DNA from: the human T2T-CHM13v2.0 reference genome, Homo sapiens
Reading direction: 5' to 3' (one strand)
Length of the DNA: 64,000 bases
Assembly (NCBI RefSeq): GCF_009914755.1
Contig: NC_060933.1
In this document: piece by piece, positions 27,411 to 41,781 of the stretch
How positions within the stretch are numbered: position 1 is the first letter of the stretch
Layout: each line of letters starts with the position of its first letter
Notes under the pieces: generated by a model
Database searches by the model: none
Seen by the model: only the letters and a program-made list of their open reading frames with translations
What the model was told of the DNA's origin: nothing
Translations under genes and position numbers: made by a program

Positions 27411-29128
27411 GCCCATGTAAACTAGAAAACCAAAAAGGAACCATAAGACAAAAGCTCTACAGATCATAACTTAGTTTTAGAAAAGATATAACTTAAAACA
27501 ATGGAGAGAAAGAAGAAGGAGCATACACCAAGGCATAAAATTCTTATCTCCCAACATCTCACTCTGTAAAGAAAAGAAAGGAAGCCAGGAAAGGAAAAGC
27601 TTACGAGAAAAAGCCAAAATGAGCAAGCAGCTTGAGCAGTGGTAAGGCCAACTCCACATCTGCTGCAAACATTAGAAAGAAATTATGTGGGGACAGACAT
27701 TAACTGTAGCATTTACATGAAAAGCACTTTAAAATGATCCAGGTCAACTTGAACTCAGCCATTGGGTTTGCTCCACTCAGCTTCTCTACCTATCTTTCCG
27801 CGGCAATCAAGAGTGAAGATGTATTTACCTCTAATGAGGAAAGAGACTGCCTTCAAGTAATCACCATCAAGCTATTGAATGCTTTATTTTGGGGGGAGGG
27901 TGTGGCATTTTTTTAGAAAAGAGTTTACTTAGGAAGAAAATACATCCGTCTGAGTTGCTCTTACTTCATCAGAGGCACAAAAATGGAACAAATTGAAAGG
28001 GTTTCCTCCCTTGCTAAACAACACCAAAGGGAAAAAGGGTGATTGAAAAACTTATGTGAAAAAAGCAGAATAGTGAATTTGAATGAAATAGGATAGAAGA
28101 ATATGTTGTGGCATCAGAAAGGGAAAGAGCAAATATTAGTTCCCAAAAATTCAACTTCACAAACTACTCATTGAACCACCTACATTAAACCAATTATGAT
28201 TTTAAAAAAAAGTTTCAGTAGCATACACAGTTTAAGAGACAAATACAACAGGCATTTACTACTAGAGTAAATGCACAGTGGTTGGCTAGAGATGCAAATT
28301 ACTCTGGACTAGCACCTTGGCCCATTTGACATGAGTTAGACTTACTATGAAGACTGAGCCTGAAGGAAGGCCACAGATGGTACCAACAGACCAGAGGAAT
28401 TCCGGCTGCTCTAAACAGGGGAGCCAGGGGAGCCTTTACCTTCTGCCAAGGCTCATAATGTAGCATGTCGAAGATCAATGAATCAACACGGTTTTCTTTG
28501 CATGCAAAGCTTGAACATAGGTAATGTTAAAAGAAGAAAGGAAATGAGAAAGCAGATTCAGTCCTGCTGTTCCATACAGGAAAAATTTTCCCAAGTCAAA
28601 CATAAGTCATACTGTATACTACACAATCCCCCCTCCAAGCCTGCTGAGGACCCCAGACTAAAAAGAGAAAAATGTGCAAACGCATACAAAGTTGATTTCT
28701 AAGGGATACCCCCCCACCCCCATCCCAAATGCATGGATCTCAACTGGGGTGAGAACTAGGGGAGATGAAAAGCTGTAGTAGTCTGTATCAGACAGGTAAA
28801 AAGTGAATGTAAACCCGTCCTACCAGTAACATCTTTGTTACTAAGGTTCTCAGGAAGTGGAGAGAAGATAAAGTCAAAGGGAGTTATATTTTCCTTGGGA
28901 ATCTTATGAAAATATTTTTTCCCCAAACTGAACATACTTTACCCCTGAAACCTAGTAGCTTTAGAAGCTAAGAAGAGAAGCTTAGTGGACAACAGAATGC
29001 TTTATAAATGGTAAAATACATGAGAGTTTCTTTTTTGCTTTTCTTTTGGTATTAGTTGCCTCACAAAAAGACAGAGCTACTTACGTAATTGACTTACCCA
29101 ATGGTAAGTAATACTTAAAATAATACCA

Positions 29129-29514
29129 TTTTCTTTTTCTTTATTTTTATTTTTGAGACAGGGTCTTGCTCTGTCACCCAGACTGGGATGCAGTGATGTG
29201 CATTTGTGACTCGCTGCAACCTTAAACTCCTAGACTTTCCTTTCAGTTTACTTCTGAATATCTCTAGAACATGACTCCAACTAAAGCAACCTTCTAGAAG
29301 GGGGAAAATACCCACGTGCCCTGCAATTTAGCTGAGAAGTGATTCTTTTTAGCTAAATTTTTTTCTTTTTCTTTCTTTTTTTTTTTTTTTTTTGATAAAA
29401 ATGGGGGTCTTGCTAAGTTACCCAGGCTGGTCTTGAACTCCTGGCCTCAAGTGATCCTCCTGCTGCGGCCTCCCAAAGTACTGGGATTACAGGCATGAGC
29501 CACATCATGTGGCC
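29129..29514 (-). mobile_element. AluJ interrupted by a ~115-bp non-Alu insertion
   Basis: Right-arm part 29129-29232, foreign DNA 29233 to ~29348, linker and left arm to 29514. Confidence 0.88.
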
Positions 29515-29519
29515 GCATT

Positions 29520-30535
29520 TTCTCTCTTACACGCATTCTCGTTAAGTGACGTGAAGCTCTTCTCAAGTCTCATCTGTCACGTACCTCTGTGTGAACAGGG
29601 CTCCCAAATCCCTAATCCTTACCTCTCATGTGAATTTCAGTCCTGCATTTTCAAACTCTCACTAGATTTTTCTAAGTGTCCAGTTAACATCTCGAGCTAA
29701 ACAAGCAAATAGGTTCACTGGTCTCCTTTCTTTACTACAGCTTTCCCTGGATTTTTCTATATTTTTCAATGTTATTACCATAAGCCCATTAACAAAGACT
29801 CAGAACCATACATCATTATTAAAAGGCTTCTCCTTATTTCCTGAACCCAGTCAGTTCTGATAGCCTGTCCATTCTGCCCTTTCAATCCCCTCAGCTGTCC
29901 CCCACACACTTTCCAGAATAATTCTAACAAGTACATGCTCAGACCTCTGCAATAACCCTTTAGCAATAATCCTGACTTTATCATTCCATACTTGCCAACT
30001 AGTGCTATACACCACCCCTCCAATTGTCGAACACATTCTCCTAGATCATGTTTATAGCTCCCCACCAATTACCAATTACAGTTCTTTCCAGGCCCTCTAC
30101 AATCTAGCTCTAACCTGCCTTTCCAGCTTTATCTTCTCCTCCTTCTTCATGAAAAATGCTTGATAGACACTCTAATTAGAATATTTTATGTCTCTTGCAT
30201 ACTGATTTGGACTTTCCTAACCTGAAATAGTTCTCATGCTGCTCTTTTTGGAATACCCTCGCCTGTATTCTCCCTTTGAAAATGTCCCTATTTCCTGATG
30301 CCACTTCTTCCATGAAATTTCCTGATACCTTTGGATGAAAGGGATCTCATCGTCCCAAGTGCTCTATGTTCCTTAGGGCTCTAAGCACCACATGACCTTG
30401 AACCTTAAAAACATGTTTTTCTCTCCTTAGGATCAAGAACTAACTTATTTCTCTTTGTATTTCCCAATAGCACTTGCCATACTGCTTTACACATAGCAGA
30501 TAGTCAACAAATACATACTGAATAATAAATAAATA
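29520..30535 (+). mobile_element. L2 LINE fragment
   Basis: CT-rich diverged body ending cacatagcagatagtcaacaaatacatactgaata, like the L2 terminus. Confidence 0.7.
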
Positions 30536-30918
30536 TCTTAAAATTCATAAGGGCACCAGTGACACAATGTTACAAATAGAGTGATTTTAACTATTTCATT
30601 ATTCCAGCAGATCCTCAACAAATACCCGTAAGGCAAGTAGAGGCCAATAATTCCTGTTTTATAGAAACTCAAGATGCAAAAAGGTTATTATTTATGCACA
30701 GAGCATTTTTTCAAGTATAATTTAGCCTATTAAGGTTCAGTAACTAACTCAATGTCACCCTGTTGATCTGTGGTATATTTCTGCTGAAATGATTCTTCTC
30801 CTCTTATTGGACTTTCCTTTCAGCTTACTTCTGAATATCTCTAGAACATGACTCCAACTAAGCAACCTTCTAGAAAGGGGGAAATACCCATCTGCCCTGC
30901 AATATAAATTAAAGAGTG

Positions 30919-31220
30919 TGCCGTGCACGGTGGCTCATGCCTGTAATCCCAGCACTTTGGGAGGCTGAGGCGGGTGGATCACGAGGTCAGGATTTCGAGA
31001 CCAGCCTAGCTAATATGGTGAAACCCTGTCTCTACTACACTACAAAAATTAGCTGGGCGTGGTGGCACGTGCCCGTAGTCCCAGCTACTCAGGAGGCTGA
31101 GGCAGGAGAATCGCTTGAACCAGGTAGTGAGCCGAGATTGCGCCACTGAACTCCAACCTAGGTGACAGAGCGAGACTCCACCTCAAAATATACAAAAATA
31201 AAATTAATTAATTAATTAAA
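30919..31220 (+). mobile_element. AluS with right-arm deletion
   Basis: Dimer; TSD AATTAAAGAG. Confidence 0.93.
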
Positions 31221-31279
31221 GAGGTCGTTCCTTGCCCAACAAGTTGTCAACATATGCTGAAATCTAAAGTATACGATGT

Positions 31280-31575
31280 GGCAGGGCACGGTGGCTCACG
31301 CCTGTAATTCTAGCACTTTGGGAGGCTGAGGCAGGTGGACTGCTTGAGGCCAGGAGATCAAGACCAGCCTGGCCAACATAGCAAAACCCCATCTCTACTA
31401 AAATATTTTAAAAGGCTGGGTATGGTGGCACATGCCTGTAATCCCAGCTAGTTGGGAGGCTAAGAGGCACAAGAATTGCTTAAACCTGGGAGATGGAGGT
31501 GGCAGTGAGCCGAGATTGCCACTGCACTCCAGCCTAAGCAACAAGTGAGACTCGATTTCCAAAAAAAAAAAAAAA
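31280..31575 (+). mobile_element. Old AluS/J
   Basis: Dimer with poly-A; TSD AAAGTATA. Confidence 0.93.
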
Positions 31576-31844
31576 GTATAGAATGATAAAAATATATACT
31601 GGTATATATAACCTCTTAGTTTAAAATTTACTAGGCTTCAGGAGTAGGAGCTGGTATGAGAAGCTCCTTTAATAAGTTCTTTAAAATTAAGTATTGATTG
31701 CCACGTACCTGGAAAGAAAGTCAGTCATCAGCCCATTACATTGCCCTGAGATAGGAACACATTTCTAAGAAACTGTAAAAGCAGTTTACAGCAAACTAGG
31801 GATAAATTTTCATCCCAAATTAGTTTCTACTTAGTTTCAAGTCC

Positions 31845-32044
31845 AGGGTAGGCAAACAAGCCTGTGGGCCAAATGCTATCCTGCTGCCTACTTTTGTAAA
31901 TAAAGTTTTATTGAAATAGAGCCCTGCCTATTCCTTTACATACACAGGGGCTTGGTCCTACAAAAACTTCAATAATTGCTACAGAAACCATACATCTACC
32001 TATTTACCATCTAGCCCTGCACAGAACAGATTTGCCAATCTCTC
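31845..32044. mobile_element. MER58A-like hAT DNA transposon remnant
   Basis: cagggtaggcaaac...tgtgggccaaat...ttttgtaaataaagttttattg...tttgccaatc with inverted termini. Confidence 0.8.
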
Positions 32045-32248
32045 TCTTAAGCTGTGCAAAATTATGCTGCCTTCCCTAGCAGTATCACATCTGTCTTCAC
32101 CTTTAGGAAATAAGCATACAAGGGCAAGCAAGGATGTTCATATTTAAGCACTACTGTTTATTAAAAAAAAAAAATCCACAAACCAAGAACTCATTAAATA
32201 AACTATGATACAATGGCAAGCTAAGAATCCATTAAAAGTCATGATGAG

Positions 32249-32544
32249 GGCCGGGCGCGGTGGCTCACGCCTGTAATCCCAGCACTTTGGGAAGCTGAGG
32301 CGGGAGGATCACCTGAGGTCAGGAGTTAGAGATCAGCCTGACCAACATGGAGAAACCCCATCTCTACTAAAAGTACAAAAAAATTAGCTGGGCGTGGTGG
32401 CGCATGCCTGTAATCCCAGATACTCGGGAGGCTGAGGCAGGAGAATCGCTTGAACCCGGGGAAACAGAGGTTGCGGTGAGCCAAGATGGCGCCACCGCAC
32501 TCCAGCCTGGGCAACAAGAGCAAAACTCCATCTCAAAAAAAAAA
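32249..32544 (+). mobile_element. AluSp/Sq-like
   Basis: Dimer with cctgaccaacatggagaaaccc; TSD AAAAGyCATGATGA. Confidence 0.95.
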
Positions 32545-33021
32545 GCCATGATGAATACCTATATTTACGGACATGGAAAGATACTTAGGATAACAATGCA
32601 TTTTTTAAAAGTCACATATACATGTAACATCATCCCTTTATGAAACTACCACCTATTCATACATTGGTAGGTACTTGTAAATGAAGAAAGACGACTAAAA
32701 ATACATTAACAGTTCCTTGGTGATAGCCCTTCAGGCAGTTTTCTCTCTTTGAGGTTTTCTTAATCAGATCTGCCCTATGAACACATATCCTTTTGTACAG
32801 AAGTTGTATTTAAAAGTTTTAAAACTATTAAAAATTAATATCAGTATGCAAACTTTAGATTCTACATTTTATAAAGCACTGGGTTTTCCAGAAAGCTAAG
32901 ATGGTATTTTTAAGTTACTTTTGGTTTGGGTAGTGATTTTGTTGTTGCTGTTCTGTTTTTGTTTTTGTTTTTGTTTTGTCCTTTCCCTTTGTTTTAAAAA
33001 CAGAAAGGCTATAAGGCTTAC

Positions 33022-33069
33022 CAGTAACCTGCACATCTACAAACTGTCATCCCCACTATATGTGGCAAC
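33022..33069 (-). other. BNC2: Candidate alternative BNC2 exon, 48 nt, in-frame stop (VATYSGDDSL*)
   Basis: Acceptor ttttttgttgcattatttag|GTT (AG 33070-33071), donor CTG|gtaagc (GT 33020-33021); TAG at codon 11 in phase 0. Confidence 0.55.
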
Positions 33070-33519
33070 CTAAATAATGCAACAAAAAAGTCCCTTATAG
33101 AAGCATGCATGGGTTAGGAGGAGGAAGACAGGCCAACAGAATAGTCCCTTGATGGAAATGTATTAATTCAATCAGTGCCTTGCTTCTGGGTTACCATAAA
33201 AAGGTTCATAAAGTACCCAAAAGCCACATAAGATTTTAGAATTATGCTGCTCAGTGACTGATTCTCAGTGAAGAGTAAGAAAGAAGAGATTTCTCTCCAC
33301 CCTCATTTTCTTCTGCAAAAGTAAGACTTCTGCAAGAGTGACACAAGTATTTTTTAAACTAGTAATTGAAAAGGCCAAGTATGTACATGATGCAAGTATA
33401 AAGAACACTGTGGCACTGTTGATAAACAGATACCAAGTGCAAACTGCATAAGACTAGCAATCTACAATAGTAACAGACAGAAGAAGAAATTGGTCTAACT
33501 AACCCTCTCTGTGCCAGAA

Positions 33520-33670
33520 TTCACAGGCATCATTTACTTCTAAGCCCCATTTTATAAATGAAGCAACTAAGATTCAAAGAGGTTATATAACTTTTACAAA
33601 GTCACATAGGAAAGAGATCAGTTCAAATGCAGGTAAATCTAGCTAAAAAGTCTGGACTCTTCTCACTATA
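33520..33670 (-). mobile_element. MIR
   Basis: cccattttataaatgaagcaactaagattcaaagaggtta...aaagtcaca. Confidence 0.7.
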
Positions 33671-34106
33671 TTCATGAAAGAGACATATTTCTAATAAAGA
33701 GCTACATAAATTCCCAATGTAAATTTATCTGGTGAGAAAACCTGTAATTTCTGGTTTATAAAGATATTACAGAATTATCATGGCAGTTAATTTGTTTTAC
33801 AAGCAATTTATTTAAAATAGTGATTTTGACATTATTTTCCCAGTTAAGTTGATCCACTTTATCTTCTCCATCCTTATGTTTACACATATATGCCTGTATG
33901 ATATGTATATGTCTTTAATAGATATGCTATAATGTGATATACAGCACCCAAACTTTAACCTTCAAAATGAAGTAGAGTCTGTAGACACAGACTTCAGTTA
34001 GACATAAAACTGTGACTTAGTTTTTTCAGACTCGTTCCATAGTAAAATTACTTCATTGCTATGGATGAAACAAAATTTATACCCTGAAAATTAACATTTA
34101 CAATGA

Positions 34107-34450
34107 GGCCAAACATGGTTGCTCATGCCTATAATCCCAGCGCTTTGGGAAGCCGAGGGAGGAGGACTGCTTGAGGTCTTGATAGCAAGACCCCATATCT
34201 ACAAAAAATTAGCCAGGCTTGGTGTAGCACAACTATAGTCCCAGCTATTCTGGAGGCTGAGGATCACGTGAGCCCAGGAATTGGAGGCTGCAGTGAGCTA
34301 TGATCACACCACTGCACTCCATCCCAAGCAACAAAGCAACACCCTGTCTGTGCTGCGCAAGCTGGACTCAAAACTCCTCGGCTCAAGCAATCCTCCTGAC
34401 TCAGCCTCCCAAGCAGCTGGGACTATAGGTGCGTGCCAGCAACCTGGCTT
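34107..34450. mobile_element. AluJ (+, 34107-34349) fused tail-to-tail with an Alu monomer (-, 34350-34450)
   Basis: Orientation switches at accctgtct|gtgctgcgcaagctggactcaaaactcc with no poly-A or poly-T between. Confidence 0.85.
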
Positions 34451-34517
34451 GTAATTTTTTTTGCGGTGGTATTTACCCCACAGTCTTTCATAAGCTTTTA
34501 AAATTATACTGATTAGC

Positions 34518-34797
34518 AGTCAGGTGCAGTGGCTCATGCCTGTAATCCCAGCCCTTTGGGAGGCTGATGCAGATGGATCACCTGAAGTCCAGAGTTCGAA
34601 ACCAGCCTGGCTAACATGGTGAAACCCCATCCCTGCTAAAAATACAAAAGAAAAAAATTAACTGAGCGTGGTGGCACACACCTGTAATCGCGGTTATTTG
34701 GGAGGCTGAGACATGAGACTTTCTTGAACCTGAGATCGGGCCCCTGCACTCTAGCCAGACTCTGTCTCAAGAATAAATAAATAAATAATAAATAAAA
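34518..34797 (+). mobile_element. AluS with (TAAA)n tail
   Basis: Dimer with deletions; TSD AAAATTATACTGATTAGC. Confidence 0.92.
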
Positions 34798-35159
34798 TTA
34801 TACTGATTAGCTTTTCCTGTGAATTCCACATAATAACATCGCCAAGCACAAGATAAACAAAACCTTCAAGTCCCAGATGGGGAAACTGAAGAGTTGCACT
34901 AGGCCCCATTTTCTGGGGTGTGGAGGTATTAGGCTAAGGCTTTCTCATCAAGTATTCCAGGGATCCCTAGGAGAGGCTTAAAAGATGGGACTGTGGCTCT
35001 ATCTCTTTTCATCTAGAACAACTCTGATTTTTATCAGTTCTACATACTGACTTCCTCATAAAATTTAATTTGAAAGGAAATAAAACCAGTGGTTTCTACA
35101 ACTAACTTTCTTTTTTCTTTTTAAATAGCTAGCTTAAATGATATATGAAGAATGCAGCA

Positions 35160-35335
35160 AGGGGGAAAGCAAGGGATTTGGAATCAACTTTGCTGGATTA
35201 CACATGTTAGGCCTTGATTTCTTCATCTGTAAAATGAAAATATGGGTACCTTCCATGAATGCTTTTGTAAGCATAAATAAGATATCATGACTAGCATCCC
35301 TAGCACACTATGTGTGCTAAAAGGTAGCAATAAAG
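35160..35335 (+). mobile_element. MIR
   Basis: ggccttgatttcttcatctgtaaaatga...ctagcacac. Confidence 0.65.
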
Positions 35336-35500
35336 TTATTAGTTAACAATTTTCATTTTTTTATGCTTACTAACAAGCCAAAGTAAACACTAAGTCAAAT
35401 ATTTATTTTAGATCTTAAGATGCAGTATGTTCAAACTTTGGCAGGCTAAAAGAAGTTAGATGTTAAGCAAAATAGCAATACTAAATAAAGACCATCTACA

Positions 35501-35840
<340 letters not shown>

Positions 35841-36569
35841 TTATTTTTTATGAAAACATAATCCTGGGCTAAAAAACAATAAAAAGAAGCACATTATTTT
35901 GCTCAACAAATAGTTCCTAAGTCCTTAACTACCCTTTAGGCATTCTGCAAGATTCTAAATGAAGATAAAGTATTGCCCAGATACATGTATGTTGACTGCT
36001 GCTGTTTTGTTTAATTCTACAGAGGTGTAAACACTCGAAGCTTTAGTGTGGTCTTAGTTCCATGATTATAAGTAGATTTTCACAAAACCAGGGACAGACG
36101 CTGGAGTCTAACTTGCAAAATCAAGTTTCAAGATCCACTATCAAATGCTAATGACTATAAGGCAGGAAGCTTTAATTCAAGCAAATGATTAGAAAAGATT
36201 ATACAAAAGTAAACAGGATCCAACAGAATCGGCCAACTTTACTTGTAAACTACCTGTACCAAAACTGGTAACACAGAAATGATAGCATCACTCTGACATC
36301 CACAAAGATCAACCTAATGAAAATTTTGCAGAGTGGTAAAAATGTAGACTAATAAATAACGCCAGAGTTTCTTTACTTAAAAAAAAAAAAAAAAAAGACA
36401 TCTGCTGATGGCCTAATATCGCCTTTCCTAGAGATAAATGAAGAACCTAAAACATTTTATTTAAACTTATTCCCCTACCATCCTACACTACTATTTCCAA
36501 AAATTCAAGCTTCCCAAGGGATAAAAACTGGAGAATAAGCCACAGAGCAGGTCAAAGGAGGATGACCTA

Positions 36570-36775
36570 AGGTTTATTAAGTATCTACTATGTACTGGAA
36601 CTTCAAGTGTGTTGTCTCATTTCATTTTCCTGACAATCTGTAAGCTAAATGTCCTTTTCCCCATTTTAAAAGCAAAGAAAATAAAGGTCAGGGATAAAGT
36701 CACTTATCCAAAGTCACAAAGCTAACATGTAGCAGCATTAGAATCTGAAACAACACCCATTTTTTCACTATTCCA
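36570..36775 (-). mobile_element. MIR
   Basis: tttattaagtatctactatgtactgg...ccccatttt...aagtcacttatccaaagtcaca. Confidence 0.75.
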
Positions 36776-38427
36776 CGAAGTTTCCAAAGCCAAACAAGTG
36801 TGCCTGGCACAATGGGAACAGGAAAACACTAAAAGAACAAGTGATGATATTTTTTAAGAAAATTTTACTTTTATGCGGAGAAGATTCCTAAATCAGCTGA
36901 AATTTTCTTATTAGAGAGATGTGATACTGGAGTAATTCCACTCTTCCCCTCTTGGATTATGAAAGGAAACTTTTAATAAATCAAATTGGAAAGGGCTGAA
37001 CACAACTACAACATCCTTTTCACAGTTTAAAAAAAGTGCTTCTATCACTAGGAAAAGAAATATAACTTCAGATAATCTAAATGTTAATTGACAGATTTTT
37101 CTCCTAAATTTGGCAACATTAACTACTTTTTCTAGTATTTAAATAAAATAATTAACTTTAAAATTGGCTGTTAAGTAAAAGAAATAAAAATCCAGCACAG
37201 AGCAATATTCTCCGGAAAAATCACATTTTAAAATGTACAACTAAAAAACAAATCACTAAAAAAACTATCATCATGTTACTAGACCAAATAGAACAAAAAG
37301 AAATAATTATTGAAGTGGGTATTCTCTAGAATATAAGAAAAAAATATCTAATGAATTCACCTAAAATTTGAAGTGCCCAGCCCATAAACACAGCTTGATT
37401 TTCCTATGGAGCTGATCGCTTATTGGTGTAAGACTTCCTATAAATAATGTCAATATATATGTTTAAGAAGAACAAGCCATCATACAAACACCATTAGTCA
37501 GATTAAACTCAGGGGTCTATCTTGACAAAATCATTGTTTTATAAGATATATATAACATGTACTTAAAACTCTATAAATAGGGCACACGGGTCCACTCATA
37601 GTTTACTTTTCTGTGCTATATTCTTGAGTTGAATTTTTGTTACATGACTTTCTGACTGATAATGTATCAATGGAAAAGTAACTTAGCAGCTCTCCAAGTT
37701 TTTTCTTATAACTATTTGGCAGTTATTAAAATGTGCACACACTCACACACACATACAAGTATATATGTATTATTAAGGAAAAGAAAAATAACATCTGAAC
37801 AGGAACATGAAAACAAAGAAAGAATTAAGGTTTGAAATTGAAGAGAAATGCAGTCCAAAAGTAAAATTCAAACTATTATTAATATATCCTTTCTTAGGTC
37901 ATCTTAGGATAATACATATTTCTCCTATACATTGGGGGAAAAAATCAGACACATGAATATTTTATAAAGGCACACTGCATTATCAGAAAGCTGTTCCACA
38001 CATCCACACTTTAATCTGTTATAAATTAACTTGAGTCAGTTCAAATGTTATATGTAATGCACACGATTACAACTGAAGTCAAATCATACACACCCTCAGT
38101 AACTGTAAGCCTAAAACAACTCCAACAGTGAATGAGACGGCTAGAGTTTTCCCTAAGGAAGGATAGGGGTTGGGGGCAATCTGCAAAATGGATATAACTG
38201 AGACAAATGCAAAGACTGAAAATATCCTAAAAACCTGAAGATGCTCGTGTGGTTTCACAACAAAGTCCCTTTATAAGATCCACAGCCCAAATGACTGCAT
38301 CTTTCAACTGCTCCATTTCCAGAACTCCTGATTTTAAATCACACTGAAAACCTTTGGCTGCAATTGAATTAGCATGGTTGGATTTAGCCCTTCTAAATGC
38401 CAAAAAGGAAAAAAAAAAAAAAAGTAC

Positions 38428-39400
38428 CATTCTAAAGTTTGTTTTGTTTTAAACTCGGATCTTCTGCATTCCAAAATTGTATCCCTCTGACTAATATAAA
38501 CCGTTATTACAGAGAAATGGTTTTTTTTTAAAAAAAAAAAAAAAAAAGCCAGTGAAAAAGAATGAGGGAGTAGTAATGGTAACATACAGTACCATGAGCT
38601 GCAGCGGCCTCCCAGCCAGTGGTGCAAGGTTAACAGATCAGTCCTGGCCTTCGGGCAGACAGCAGAACACAGCCTTGGGGAAGGGGGGACAGGGACGGAG
38701 GCCAGGGGAGGGGGCCCGCTCTCAGGCAGTTTACACAAGAAGGCAGCTCAGCTCCTTTCTGGCGCACTCCTCCTCTCTATCTCCCAACCTCTTTGCGTGT
38801 GTCTTGTCATATTTTCTTCAGCTGTTAATTGTCCAGACTCCAAGACTTTAAACAGCCACAGTTTAGGAAAAAGCGAAACCCTTCTAAGTGACCATCACAG
38901 CAAATCAGCTTCATGCTAGTGGGTAAAATTTTCCAAGGGAAGTGTTCTTCTGATAGTTCCTGAGTCTCTAAGTCACCCCCACCCCCACCCCCACCGGCCG
39001 CCACACACACTCCCCTGGAGGGCTAAATGCACTGTGGCAATAAAACATTCATGCGACTTGGAATTTTAACACAATGCCATTTCCCTAGTTTAACCTGAAA
39101 GGAATGCACTAGTCACAACAGACTACATCATCCTGCCATTAAACCCTGCCAAGGAACCGCTTTTTTGGCCGCGCTGGGCCAGCTTTGACGGGAAAGGAGT
39201 ACACAGACCCACACACTGAGCACAGAGGGGCCACCTCTGCTTCCTCAGCCTTATCCAGCAACACCCTGCTCTTGAACATGACCCCTGACCCCTTGCATTG
39301 TGACCAGCTTGTGAGGCATGTGTCACCCTGGAATTTCTGCAGAGCCACACACTGCGCAGGCCATTTGCTGCTCCCTCTCAACAGGCTCTTGGGCAGACGC
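38428..39400 (-). promoter_or_regulatory. Candidate internal BNC2 promoter / alternative first exon ending in ATG
   Basis: Repeat-free GC-elevated region with retained CpGs and G/C runs (38677-38714, 38976-38995); ends at AGA ATG|gtactt (ATG 38428-38430). Confidence 0.5.
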
Positions 39401-40760
39401 CAAAGGTTCTTTCTTATTATTACTGCTACTATTGAAAGTCTTCTGTTTAAATGTAGGGATGCTTTTTCCTCGAGTTGTATGATAGTGTGGCTTGGGTTTT
39501 TTTTTCCCTCCTTTGTTTGTTTTGGACTTTTTAAAAAACAAACTTTACATTTGCATTGATAATTATGTTATTATTAATGACAAAATGATTCAGTATGGGG
39601 ACTACTTATCAAAGGTGCCAGTTCTTTCACATTTAAGTGACATTCAATTTAGATTTACAAAACACCCAGAAACAATTCCTATTTCTCCAGAGAAGTTGAG
39701 AGAAAAATTCAAAGGGATTGAATCCTAAAACACCTACACTTAACCATTTTTATTTACATGCTATTATTACAAAACAAACAAGCAACAATATTAGATCAAA
39801 AAACTGGATTTACTGACTTATTGCTTGTGCAGAGAGTTCTGCCTTCCAAGCAACATAACTGACAAGCAACTATTTTAAAAAGTATGTATACCAAATGAAA
39901 AATTAAAATCATACTAAATGTTTACAAATGTTTTTATAATTTTAAAATTGTTCTCATGTAGCCCTTTATAACCAATCACAACAGTACTAATTTTTGCAAG
40001 TTAACAGAGGTCATAGTTTTGCACCCCAAAATACCCCTTTCTTCTTCTACCACTGATTCTCCTACCACTGAAGGATGTCTTCCAGATTGTCTTTTTCTGA
40101 TCATTCATCTTATTAACTATCTTCATATGATGCACATTCACTTTCAATCTTGTCCAATTGTTTTATTATTCCTCTTCTCTACTGTAGTCATAGGCAATTC
40201 TAAAAAGCACAAAGTCCCCTCTTTTTGCCCTGACCTTGAGCTACAGCCAGGTGAGCTGTGATTATCCCTACAGAAGGCAGAAGGTGTTCCAGCTTTAATC
40301 TCCTGGAGTGAGGCCATGTCCCCTTTCAGTAACAAATGAAGAACATCTTACTTCATCTAAGAGAATACCCTAAAATACAAAATGATGATCTCAAAGCAGG
40401 TTAACATGCACATATAAAATAAAACCAAATTGTCTTCTTTAGAGTAATTTTTGTCTCCTTAGTAGCTGGAATTAGTCTTAAGCCCTAGTTAAAAGACTTT
40501 TTTCTTTTTCTTTCCTTTAAACAGACATTATCATGCCTTGAAAAGTCATTCTAATCCCTTCACCTTAGCCAAGCCATGCTAATTCATGAGAGGACAGCAA
40601 TTAATTTTTAAAAAAAAGGAATTATACTTGACTGGGGGGAGGGGAGAATCAATCCAACTCAGAAGCAAAGGTTACCAAAACCTATGTGAAACACTTCCAT
40701 TTCAAATTGCAAATGCTGAAATCAAATTGTCAGTTTAATCTATATAAAATACAGCAAGAA

Positions 40761-41134
<374 letters not shown>

Positions 41135-41460
41135 TTACTAGTGTGAAGTTACTAGAGTAAAACCCAGTAAAATTGAAGGAAGAATCAAGTGATGCCGTGA
41201 GATTAAAATTACAGAGGTTAATTTCTATTTTAGTCCAAACAGATACACTTTTCTTCTTATATCAAGTTAATCAACACAGTGACACCAAAGTATCTTGGAC
41301 CAATATTCAAAGGATGAACCGGGGCCTATGAAAAGAGGTCTGTGAAGTTGCACCTGCAGTACATGTAACCCTCTCCATGGTAATATATCTCCTCTGAAGA
41401 CCTCTGGAACTCTGGGATACATCACTAAAAGAAGGATAAGCAATCTCATTTTAGTTCTAA

Positions 41461-41781
<321 letters not shown>

